In this document: piece by piece, positions 29,085 through 37,706 of the stretch
How the letters are laid out: each line of letters begins with the position of its first letter
How positions within the stretch are numbered: position 1 is the stretch's first letter
The notes under the pieces: model-generated
What the model was told of the DNA's origin: nothing
Seen by the model: only the letters and a program-made list of their open reading frames with translations
Database searches by the model: none
NCBI GenBank assembly: GCA_047517285.1
Contig: JAKZTE010000003.1
Location: 474 to 64,473 of the forward strand
DNA: 64,000 nt
DNA from: Nitrososphaerales archaeon
GTDB lineage: Archaea; Thermoproteota; Nitrososphaeria; Nitrososphaerales; UBA57
Direction of reading: 5' to 3'
Program-made: the position numbers and the translations under genes

Positions 29085-29258
29085 TTATTCTCCCCAATCT
29101 TCTCCAACTGATTCTGCAGGCGATAATGTAACAGTATTTGAATCGATTTTCTTAACTTCAAATTCGTTACTGCAATCAGGACAACTTATAATCTCTCCGA
29201 TTACAACGTCGTCTAGAATCTGCATTGTTGCATCACAATCTTGGCATTTTTGCTCCAT
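29085..29258 (-). CDS. lysW: LysW amino-group carrier protein
   Basis: Missed by the ORF track (57 aa). Hand translation: MEQKCQDCDATMQILDDVVIGEIISCPDCSNEFEVKKIDSNTVTLSPAESVGEDWGE; CxxC...CxxC Zn ribbon plus C-terminal EDWGE tail. The ATG overlaps the argH TAA by 1 nt. Confidence 0.88.
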   Translation of the reverse strand: MEQKCQDCDATMQILDDVVIGEIISCPDCSNEFEVKKIDSNTVTLSPAESVGEDWGE

Positions 29259-30748
29259 TAATTTCCACCTCCTGATAGATTTTTTATAGATTTTTCAAGA
29301 AGAAGTTCAGATTTAGCAAGTAAATTCTGTTGTTTCTTAATAAATTTAGAGGAATTAGAGAGTTGTACTGTTCTGAGTTTAATCATTCTATTACTCTCGG
29401 AATTAGAAGGAGAGCCTTTTGTAGTTTTTGAATTAACATTATTAACATAATTAAAGATTGAATCAATTTCCGACATATTTACTTTAATTGTTTTACCAGT
29501 TATTTTCTTAGTTATTTTATCAATATCAGTTTTTACTAATTCAGATAATTTTGTATTAGAATCAATTGATGACTTGGATAGAGTTCCAACAATATGATGT
29601 GATTGTCTGAAGGAAACATTATAATTTGATGCAAGATAATTAGCTAAATCGGCAGCTATCATGGTATCGTCTAGATTAGCATACATAGACTCTTTGTTAA
29701 ATTTACAGGTATTCAACATGTTAGACAATAGTTGAACTGATGACAATGATTTATTTATAGAATTCCATAATCTAGGAGTTAGATCTTGTATGTCGATACT
29801 ATATCCCAGAGTAAGTGATTTAATTATGCTAATTGATGTAACAAGATCACCAATAATAATCGAAGATTTAGATCTTATCAATTCGGCAATAACAGGGTTC
29901 TTTTTTTGAGGCATTATACTACTAGTTGAACTGAATTCATCAGAGATTTCAACGTATGAGAATTCAGAGGTACTCCAAAGGACCAATTCATTAACAATTT
30001 TCTCAATGTTTAACATTAGCAACGTAAGATTCGACAGTAATTCGATGCAGAAATCACGAGTAGTGGTAGCATCGATTGAATTTTCTACAATGCCATTAAA
30101 ACCAAGTAATTTAGCAATATAATCTCTATCAACATGAATAATTACTGATGCAATTGCGCCAGAACCTTGTGGAGATTTGTTAACTCTGTCATAGGTTTCT
30201 TGAAATCTGTCGACATCTCTAGATAATGAATCATAATGAGCAAGAAGATTATGAGAAAGGGTTATGATTTGTGCATGTTGGAGATGAGTAAAAGAAGGCA
30301 TAAGATAATCAGTATGTGTTTTTGCCAGATTAAGAATAACATTTTGCAAGTCATGAATACTGGTCAATATACTTAAGATAAATGTACGAGTTGTCATTCT
30401 GATTGCAGTTGCAACTTGATCGTTTCTACTCTTGGCAAGATTAAGTTGTCCGCCGGTTTCACTACCAATACGATTAATTACAAATGATTCAACGTTCATA
30501 TGAACGTCCTCAAGGCTAGAATCTAGTTCAAACGAATCGTCAATTGACTTTAGAGTTTTAATGCATTTATTTGCGGTCTTTTTATCAAGGATATTTTGTT
30601 TCGCCAACATAAGCATGTGTGCAATATTGATTTTTTTGACAGGATCGATAATCAGTAAATCCTCATCGGTAGAACTAATAAAAGAAGAAGCTAAGGCAGA
30701 GGTTTTAGAGAGTCTATTGCCTCTCAATATATCTATATCATCAGTCAT
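29258..30748 (-). CDS. argH: Argininosuccinate lyase
   Basis: 496 aa; SRNDQVAT and fumarate-lyase signature SSIMPQKKNP. Confidence 0.9.
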   Translation of the reverse strand: MTDDIDILRGNRLSKTSALASSFISSTDEDLLIIDPVKKINIAHMLMLAKQNILDKKTANKCIKTLKSIDDSFELDSSLEDVHMNVESFVINRIGSETGGQLNLAKSRNDQVATAIRMTTRTFILSILTSIHDLQNVILNLAKTHTDYLMPSFTHLQHAQIITLSHNLLAHYDSLSRDVDRFQETYDRVNKSPQGSGAIASVIIHVDRDYIAKLLGFNGIVENSIDATTTRDFCIELLSNLTLLMLNIEKIVNELVLWSTSEFSYVEISDEFSSTSSIMPQKKNPVIAELIRSKSSIIIGDLVTSISIIKSLTLGYSIDIQDLTPRLWNSINKSLSSVQLLSNMLNTCKFNKESMYANLDDTMIAADLANYLASNYNVSFRQSHHIVGTLSKSSIDSNTKLSELVKTDIDKITKKITGKTIKVNMSEIDSIFNYVNNVNSKTTKGSPSNSESNRMIKLRTVQLSNSSKFIKKQQNLLAKSELLLEKSIKNLSGGGN

Positions 30749-31923
30749 TTTGTCTCTCCTTCGTTAAATTTAGACTGAAGTCCCCAGATTTCGATAAAAC
30801 CCTTAGAGTATGTTTGATTGAAATCAGATGAAGAGGAATATGAAGAAAGATTCTGATCATAAATAGAATTTTTAGATTTTCTGCCAACCACAGTGAAGGA
30901 ATTACTCCTAAGTTTCAGTCTAACAGTGCCATTAACGCGTTCTTGAGTTTTATTAATAAATGAATCAATATCTTTTACCAATGGATCTACAAATAATCCT
31001 GAATAAATCATCCAACTCCATTTTTGTTCTAATAAGGACTTTATTTCCAATTCATTTCTAGTCAATACTAATTTTTCTAGATCTTTATGAGCGTCAATAA
31101 GTACGGTGGCGGCAGGTGCTTCGTAGATTTCTCTTGATTTTATCCCCATAAGCCTATCTTCTATGTGGTCAACAACTCCAATGCCATATTTTCCTGCAAC
31201 GTCGTTAAGATGAGTAATCATTTCTAGAGAATCAGTAATACCGTCGATTGAAATTGGAATGCCATTATTAAAATCAATTTCTACGTATTTATCAGGCAAT
31301 CTACTGTCTACATCAATCCATTTGTAGATATCTTTTGGAGGTTCTTCGAAAGAATCTTCTAAGATTCCACCTTCTATAGATCTACCCCACAAGTTTTCGT
31401 CAATGCTGTATTGGGATTTCTTTTCAATTGGCACGTTAAGGTCTTTTGCATATTGAATTTCTTCATCTCTGCTCATATTTTCATCTCTAACTGGAGCAAT
31501 AATTTTAGCATCGGGCATAACAGATCTCAATGTAACGTCGAATCTGGCTTGATCATTACCTTTTCCAGTACATCCATGTGAAAAGATTTTAGTATTTTCC
31601 TGATTTGCAATTTCTACTAGCTTGTATGCAATAAGGGGCCTACCCAAAGCAGTGGCCAACGGATATTTATTCTGATACAAGGCATTTGATTTTATTGCAG
31701 AAAAAATATAATTATTAATAAATTCTTGTTTGGCATCAATAGTATAATGTTTTGATGCGCCAATTGAGTAGGCCTTTTTTTCAATTTCGTCAAAGTTTTC
31801 ATCTTGACCAATATCAACAATAGTAGTAATTACGTCAAGATTATGCTTTTTCTTTAGCCAACTAACTGAGATAGATGTATCAAGTCCTCCAGAAAATGCT
31901 AAAACTACTTTTTTGGACATCAT
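30745..31923 (-). CDS. argG: Argininosuccinate synthase
   Basis: 392 aa; VVLAFSGGLDTS, HGCTGKGNDQ.RF. Confidence 0.95.
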   Translation of the reverse strand: MMSKKVVLAFSGGLDTSISVSWLKKKHNLDVITTIVDIGQDENFDEIEKKAYSIGASKHYTIDAKQEFINNYIFSAIKSNALYQNKYPLATALGRPLIAYKLVEIANQENTKIFSHGCTGKGNDQARFDVTLRSVMPDAKIIAPVRDENMSRDEEIQYAKDLNVPIEKKSQYSIDENLWGRSIEGGILEDSFEEPPKDIYKWIDVDSRLPDKYVEIDFNNGIPISIDGITDSLEMITHLNDVAGKYGIGVVDHIEDRLMGIKSREIYEAPAATVLIDAHKDLEKLVLTRNELEIKSLLEQKWSWMIYSGLFVDPLVKDIDSFINKTQERVNGTVRLKLRSNSFTVVGRKSKNSIYDQNLSSYSSSSDFNQTYSKGFIEIWGLQSKFNEGETK

Positions 31924-31940
31924 GTGAGAAGTTTGTAGAG

Positions 31941-31958
31941 AAACCTTTTAATAGGTTT
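31941..31958. promoter_or_regulatory. Palindromic AT-rich element at the centre of the argG / 31978 divergent intergenic region (candidate shared TATA/BRE or operator)
   Basis: aaacct-tttaat-aggttt (6-bp arms, 6-nt AT core). Its centre (~31950) is 27 nt from the argG ATG (31923) and 28 nt from the TTG at 31978. Confidence 0.35.
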
Positions 31959-31977
31959 TGGTCATAATTGACCATTA

Positions 31978-32655
31978 TTGGCTATAGATGACCAGAAACA
32001 GATAAATCAATCTGTTGCAAGAATTACAAGAAATTTAATAGAATCAGATTTAGGAATACAGGATTCAATAGCTAGAGATTATGCTAATATTAGTGGAATA
32101 GCAAGATTACTAAAACCCAAAATTGAGAAAATGGGGATTTCAGAAGTTAATGAAGATGCAATAATAACAGCTGTAAAAAGAATTGTGCCAAAGTATACGT
32201 CAATCAATAATGAAATTACAGATGTTATTGCAAAGAGTGATATAAATGTAAGAACGGGTGTTGCTAAATTATCAGTTAAAAAGAATGATCGCAATCAAGA
32301 AAATATACAGAATGTAATATTAAAAAATAATGAAGAATTTATTCAGATTTCGGTAGCAACTTCGGCATTAACAATAATATATTCTGAAAGACTTAGAGAA
32401 GAATTATTGAAGATATTCGATAAATCAGAAATATTAGAAGATTCAAATGATTTAGCGGCAATAATTGTACATAGTCCAATAGAGGTAATCTCAGTACCAG
32501 GATTTGTATTTACAATATATGGCCAGGTTGCTAAAAGACAAATAAATATAGAAGATACAGTTAGTTGTTTTACAGATACAATAATTGTAGTAAAAACAAA
32601 AGATGTAGCAATGACTTTTTCTGTATTAAATGAGTTATTTGATGATAGTAGATAA
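31978..32655 (+). CDS. Hypothetical protein, possible ACT-domain regulator of amino-acid metabolism (COG2150-like)
   Basis: 225 aa; the C-terminal half resembles ACT repeats (ISVPGFVFTIYGQVAKRQINIEDTVSCFTDTIIVVKTKD). TTG start; divergent from the arg/lys operon. Confidence 0.4.
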   Translation: MAIDDQKQINQSVARITRNLIESDLGIQDSIARDYANISGIARLLKPKIEKMGISEVNEDAIITAVKRIVPKYTSINNEITDVIAKSDINVRTGVAKLSVKKNDRNQENIQNVILKNNEEFIQISVATSALTIIYSERLREELLKIFDKSEILEDSNDLAAIIVHSPIEVISVPGFVFTIYGQVAKRQINIEDTVSCFTDTIIVVKTKDVAMTFSVLNELFDDSR

Positions 32656-32758
32656 ATAAGAGATTTAACGTTCTCGATTACCAGCACTTTGGCATAAATG
32701 AATCTAAAATAGTATTCAATATCAAGCTTTTAAGATTCTTTAAACAATGAATATATGA

Positions 32759-33562
32759 TTGAACTATTCAGAAATTATAGAAAAAGCACTAATAAAAGCG
32801 CAAAATACGATTAAAGGTAGATACTTTAAAGGGAATCATATTGAATTAGATAAAAATGCATTTGGAGATATGCAATATGAGATCGATGTATTAGCAGAAA
32901 GAACGATACTAAAAGAGATTAGAGAACATATACCGGGATCTACAATTGTATCAGAAGAAACGGGGATAATTGAAGGAAATAATGACATATTTGTATTAGT
33001 TGATCCATTAGATGGGAGTTTAAATTCGGTAAGGCAGATTCCATTTTTTAGTTCGACTATTGCAATTGCAAAAGGAGGAAAATTTTCAGATATAATTGCC
33101 TCAGGAGTAATAGATATAATTCAAGGAGATTTGTATTTGGGTGAGCTGCAAAAGGCAACGGTCAATAATTTAACAATAAAGCCAAACAATATAGAAAAAC
33201 TAAATGAAGCAGTAATTGCTGTAGATTTGAATATAAGATCAGAAAATGCAAGGAAATCTTATGGGCATATGCAGGAAATATTTGAAAAAACTAAGGCGCA
33301 AAGAATACTAGGTTCTGCAATAATAGAGAATATATTCGTGGCAGCAGGTAAAATAGATGCTTTTATTGCCCCTTCAAAACAGTTGAGAACGTTTGATTGT
33401 TTACCTGCAATGCATATTGGAAAATGTTCAGGAATATTCATAAGATTCCTCAATGAACAGAATGATTTCAATATATTATCCAAAGAAGGGGTATCATACG
33501 TTACAGCGTGCACAGAGTCATTAGGAAATAATATATTGAATGAAATGGATTATCATAAATGA
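32759..33562 (+). CDS. Inositol monophosphatase / fructose-1,6-bisphosphatase family protein
   Basis: 267 aa; VSEETG and LVDPLDGSLN metal-binding motifs. TTG start, the first in-frame start candidate (TGA at 32756-32758). Confidence 0.8.
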   Translation: MNYSEIIEKALIKAQNTIKGRYFKGNHIELDKNAFGDMQYEIDVLAERTILKEIREHIPGSTIVSEETGIIEGNNDIFVLVDPLDGSLNSVRQIPFFSSTIAIAKGGKFSDIIASGVIDIIQGDLYLGELQKATVNNLTIKPNNIEKLNEAVIAVDLNIRSENARKSYGHMQEIFEKTKAQRILGSAIIENIFVAAGKIDAFIAPSKQLRTFDCLPAMHIGKCSGIFIRFLNEQNDFNILSKEGVSYVTACTESLGNNILNEMDYHK

Positions 33563-33568
33563 TATCTA

Positions 33569-33991
33569 ATGTTAGAAGAAAGATCAGCCGGAGTAGTTTT
33601 ATTTAATAGGGCAGAAGGACTTCAATTTCTCGTCTTAAAATATCCGTCCGGGCATTGGGATTTTGTCAAAGGCAACATTGAACAAGGAGAAGGAGAAGAA
33701 GAAACAGTAAAACGAGAATTATTAGAAGAGACTGGAATAAACAACATTACACTTCACAAAGGATTTAATGAAAAAGCGGAATATCATTATTATAGAAAAA
33801 ACAAAATAGTGCATAAAATTGTGTCTTACTACTTAGCTGAAACAGAACAGAAGGATGTAAAAATATCATTTGAGCACCTAGATTATAGATGGGAAGACCA
33901 TGATAACGTGTTAAAATTGATTACTTTTGATAATTCAAAAGAGATACTAGAGAAAGGAAGTCAATTAATTAAGACTTTAGCCAAGAGTTAA
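33569..33991 (+). CDS. NUDIX hydrolase
   Basis: 140 aa; Nudix box GNIEQGEGEEETVKRELLEETGI. Confidence 0.85.
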   Translation: MLEERSAGVVLFNRAEGLQFLVLKYPSGHWDFVKGNIEQGEGEEETVKRELLEETGINNITLHKGFNEKAEYHYYRKNKIVHKIVSYYLAETEQKDVKISFEHLDYRWEDHDNVLKLITFDNSKEILEKGSQLIKTLAKS

Positions 33992-34661
33992 CCCGAATAC
34001 GTGAAGTAGTGAGAGAAGGATTTCTAGAATTTAATATTAAACGTCCAACAATTATATAATTAGCGCCGGATTTGACTGATTTAGACACATCGCCGCCTTG
34101 TGTACCAATACCAGGTGTGTAAATATCTAAATTATCATGAGTAAGATTTGAGATTTCTTTAATAAGTTTAGGTCTAGTGGCCCCCACAATGATTCCGTCG
34201 GCATGCCATAGTTTAGCACGTTCTATAAATTCAGCATATAATTTCTTTTTTTTACCTTGTTTCATGATATCAAGTCCGTAGCCATCTTTAGCGCCTGCAT
34301 GACTCATATAAACTAAGAACAATACGCCTTTATTTTTGGATTTAGATTTCGCCAATAGAGAATCTAATCCTTCAGAATACCCTACAAAAGGATTGACAAT
34401 AATTGCGTCAAACCCCATTTTCCATAGATGTTTAATTACGATAAGATTTGTAGCAGAGATATCATTTAATTTTAAATCTGCAATAGCAAGTAGATTATTA
34501 TTATGGATAACAGATACAAGTCTTTTGAGGTCGTTTAGAGATAAGGGCAGTAACAAATGATGATTGATTTTAACTGCGCATATATCATTTGATGTAGATT
34601 TAATTAAAGAAATTGATTTCTTAAGAATTTGTTCAGGAGGGCAAGTTAGATCTAATGACAA
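33969..34661 (-). CDS. pyrF: Orotidine 5'-phosphate decarboxylase
   Basis: 230 aa; AVKINHHLL, IADLKLNDIS (D-x-K-x-x-D), TPGIGTQGG. Confidence 0.8.
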   Translation of the reverse strand: MSLDLTCPPEQILKKSISLIKSTSNDICAVKINHHLLLPLSLNDLKRLVSVIHNNNLLAIADLKLNDISATNLIVIKHLWKMGFDAIIVNPFVGYSEGLDSLLAKSKSKNKGVLFLVYMSHAGAKDGYGLDIMKQGKKKKLYAEFIERAKLWHADGIIVGATRPKLIKEISNLTHDNLDIYTPGIGTQGGDVSKSVKSGANYIIVGRLILNSRNPSLTTSRIRVNSWLKS

Positions 34662-34719
34662 TATAACCCGACTTTGATTTATCTCTGAAATCTTTTTTAA
34701 TTTATTAGAGAATGATAAA

Positions 34720-35724
34720 TTATTTCACCCTTCTATCAATCGTTTCATAAACTTCAGGGCCAGTACCAATAAGACTAACATTAATTTTTAGTTCTTTTTC
34801 AATATTTTCAATAAAGGACTTTGAAGGAGCATCTAATTCTTCGTATTTTGTTACTCCGCGAGCAGAAGGGTAAAGAACATCAAGTTTAGTAATTGCAATA
34901 CTGGAAGCAGAATTTAGCATAATTGCCTTTTTTGCTAAAGTGAAATCAAATGGAGCGGCACGTCTAGTTCTACCAGTAACAGTGCCTATTTCAGCCCATC
35001 CTAGATTTTCTGTCTCTTCAGGAGATAGTTCGCCAGTAAATGGACCTTCGCCAACGCGAGTTACAAAGGCTTTGAATATTACAATAACATTATCGACTTT
35101 TTTTGGTCCAAGGCCCACGTCAGAACATATAGCTGATGCAGTAACATCCTTAGAAGTTACAAAAGGGTAATTACCAAAATACAGGGATAAAAATGTACCT
35201 TGAGTACCCTCAACAAGAACATCATTACCTGAATCAATAGTAGAATTTACAATATCTGGAACATCGTCTATATAATTTTGGAATACATCGATATCTTTAG
35301 CTAATTTAGCAATTCTCATTACTCGATCTGAATTTGCAGGACCAGTACCACTGCCAGTACTTCCTACTTTTGAAGCAAGAAAGCCAGATTTATCAGATTC
35401 AATATGCTTTTTTTCAATAATTGCACATCTTTTATCAACAACGAGTCGATTTAATGCATCGTATTTTGTAGCTTCGTCAAGTGTTATGTCAGGGTTTACA
35501 AGTACACCAGGACCAATTAATAATTTAGTAGATTTGTTTACAACTGCACTAGGAAGCATTCTTAATTTTAGAACTTGATCGCCGAAGTTAACAGTGTGAC
35601 CAGCATTTGGACCCACGCCACCGCGAACTGCAAGAGAATGAGAATCTTTAAGCGAAAGAAAGGCTACAATTTTACCCTTACCTTCATCTCCATAAAATCC
35701 ACCAACTACAACTGTTACTGTCAT
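34720..35724 (-). CDS. purA: Adenylosuccinate synthetase (short archaeal type)
   Basis: 334 aa; GGFYGDEGKGK, GPNAGHTV, GTGPANSDR. Confidence 0.9.
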   Translation of the reverse strand: MTVTVVVGGFYGDEGKGKIVAFLSLKDSHSLAVRGGVGPNAGHTVNFGDQVLKLRMLPSAVVNKSTKLLIGPGVLVNPDITLDEATKYDALNRLVVDKRCAIIEKKHIESDKSGFLASKVGSTGSGTGPANSDRVMRIAKLAKDIDVFQNYIDDVPDIVNSTIDSGNDVLVEGTQGTFLSLYFGNYPFVTSKDVTASAICSDVGLGPKKVDNVIVIFKAFVTRVGEGPFTGELSPEETENLGWAEIGTVTGRTRRAAPFDFTLAKKAIMLNSASSIAITKLDVLYPSARGVTKYEELDAPSKSFIENIEKELKINVSLIGTGPEVYETIDRRVK

Positions 35725-35738
35725 CTTATACTCATACC

Positions 35739-36521
35739 TTATTCGCCATATCTCCTATTTCTATTTTGATACGTTCTTATTGCTCGCATTAAATCAATTT
35801 TTCGGAAATCAGGCCAATAAACATCAAGAAAAACCAATTCACTATATGCGCTTTGCCATAGAAGAAATCCGCTTAAACGTTCTTCTCCGGAAGTTCTAAT
35901 AACTAAATCAGGTTCAGGAGATGAAAGATGCGACGTAGATAAATGATTTTCAACCATTTCGTTTGTAATATTATCAATTTCAATAGAACCGTCTATTACT
36001 TCAGTTGCTACATTCTTTACAGCTTCTAATATCTCAGATCTGCCACCGTATGCAAGAGCTAAATTAAAAAATAGTCCGTCGTAATCTTGAGTTTTGGTTT
36101 CTATCTTCTGGATTTTTTCTTGTATTTCAGTTGGAAGAAGTGATAAATCACCAAGACCCTTAACATGAACACGGTAATTATCAATTTTTGGTTCGTCCAG
36201 TAATTCAGACAATTTAGAAGATATAATTTCAAACAGTCTATCTACTTCAGGTTGTGGACGAGTTAGATTTTCGGCAGATAATGCATATAGAGTGATTATT
36301 TTAACGTCTAATTCAACGCACCAATCCAATAAATCATCCACAATATTTGCACCTGCAAAATGTCCCATCCACTCAGGAATAAACTTAGATTTAGCCCATC
36401 GTCGATTACCATCTAAAATTAATGCAATATGAACAGGAGGATTTGATTTACTGATTTGATTCTTTAGATAATTTTCATAAAACCTGTAGACACCTGCATA
36501 ACGTAAGAAATTAATAAACAA
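35739..36521 (-). CDS. uppS: cis-Prenyltransferase (undecaprenyl/ tritrans,polycis-diphosphate synthase)
   Basis: 260 aa; HIALILDGNRRWAK, IRTSGEERLSGFLLWQS. Confidence 0.9.
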   Translation of the reverse strand: MFINFLRYAGVYRFYENYLKNQISKSNPPVHIALILDGNRRWAKSKFIPEWMGHFAGANIVDDLLDWCVELDVKIITLYALSAENLTRPQPEVDRLFEIISSKLSELLDEPKIDNYRVHVKGLGDLSLLPTEIQEKIQKIETKTQDYDGLFFNLALAYGGRSEILEAVKNVATEVIDGSIEIDNITNEMVENHLSTSHLSSPEPDLVIRTSGEERLSGFLLWQSAYSELVFLDVYWPDFRKIDLMRAIRTYQNRNRRYGE

Positions 36522-36533
36522 AAATAATCTTGC

Positions 36534-37706
36534 CTACTTACGTCGAGATCTAGGTAAGCGAATGTACCTTTGATAGAGAAATATCACGCTGATAAAAGAT
36601 CCAGCAAGTCCAAAAATAAGTGATGCAATGAAAGTAAATGTATCGCCTGCGCCAATAAGAAGTTTTGCAAATTGTTGAATTGGGAAGAATAGGAAAATCA
36701 ATGTAAGTAATAATATTACGCCGCGAATAACACGTCGTTTTTTATTAATAATCCAATTAGATAATAAATCACCTGCGATGAATAATCCAAGGCCAATCCA
36801 TAAAAGTAACAAAGATTCATCGGCAAAAACTCCAATTAATTCTGGCGCTGACGAAAGAAGATTAGAAGGGCTAGAAAATGCTTGATTGTCGGAAATTAAC
36901 TGTGAAATGCCAGAAGCCCCTAAGAAAGTACCGATAATTAATACTAAGGAACCTGCTATAGACGAGAATAATTTGACATAAGACGTAAGTTCTAATTTAG
37001 GTAAAGATCTAGCGAGTCTATCTAAATCGAACCCTCTAATGACAAAAGCAATACCAAGAATTGCCAGAGTTACAGTGATAGCTTGTTCAAGAAGATTGAA
37101 TAAAGCAAGAAATGCCCAAGAGAGAAATAACAAACCAGGTATGCCTAATGCAAATTTTGAATATCGTTGATCGAAAATTAACATTTTCAGATATCTGCCG
37201 AGAACAGCATAGGTTTCTTCAAGTGCCCCACTATGTTTGATAACAATTCTTTGAATTGAATTGATTGCAATTAGATCTTGAACTAAGGGGATAATACTTG
37301 ATTCGTCAGAATCGTCCGATACAAGAATTGCATCAACTATCTTTGTTTTATTTACTATTGATTGAATTTGTTTACGCATTTTTTCATCTGATTGATAACC
37401 ACCTGAATGATTACCAGTAACAATCGCAACTTCGCACTTACGTCCAGTGCGCGATAATTCTTTATAGGTTTTAATGGCGGCGAAAATAGCATTAGCATCT
37501 GCTTCTTCAGGATCACTAATAGCAAGTTTCATTCCAGCATTTTCACAGTTTTTGAAGCCAACAATAGGAGATTTAAGATTAGTTTTCTCGCCTAAATCAT
37601 CATCTCTGTCAATACACAGGATAAGAAGAGGAGTGTGTTTTGATGATTGTTTTTTTCTTCTAGAGATAGAAGTTCTTTTATTACGAGAGATACTCATCGT
37701 CATCAT
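36534..37706 (-). CDS. DUF373-family integral membrane protein
   Basis: 390 aa; soluble N-terminal domain LILCIDRDDDLG...DPEEADANAIFAAIK, followed by several TM helices. Confidence 0.6.
   Translation of the reverse strand: MMTMSISRNKRTSISRRKKQSSKHTPLLILCIDRDDDLGEKTNLKSPIVGFKNCENAGMKLAISDPEEADANAIFAAIKTYKELSRTGRKCEVAIVTGNHSGGYQSDEKMRKQIQSIVNKTKIVDAILVSDDSDESSIIPLVQDLIAINSIQRIVIKHSGALEETYAVLGRYLKMLIFDQRYSKFALGIPGLLFLSWAFLALFNLLEQAITVTLAILGIAFVIRGFDLDRLARSLPKLELTSYVKLFSSIAGSLVLIIGTFLGASGISQLISDNQAFSSPSNLLSSAPELIGVFADESLLLLWIGLGLFIAGDLLSNWIINKKRRVIRGVILLLTLIFLFFPIQQFAKLLIGAGDTFTFIASLIFGLAGSFISVIFLYQRYIRLPRSRRK

Noticed and set aside
29084-29161. N-terminal 26-aa extension of the lysX ORF (ORF track start 29161)
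   Set aside because: It overlaps the 3' part of lysW out of frame and the extension (MKLRKSIQILLHYRLQNQLEKIGENK) has no ATP-grasp counterpart. The ATG at 29083 gives a canonical LysX N-terminus.
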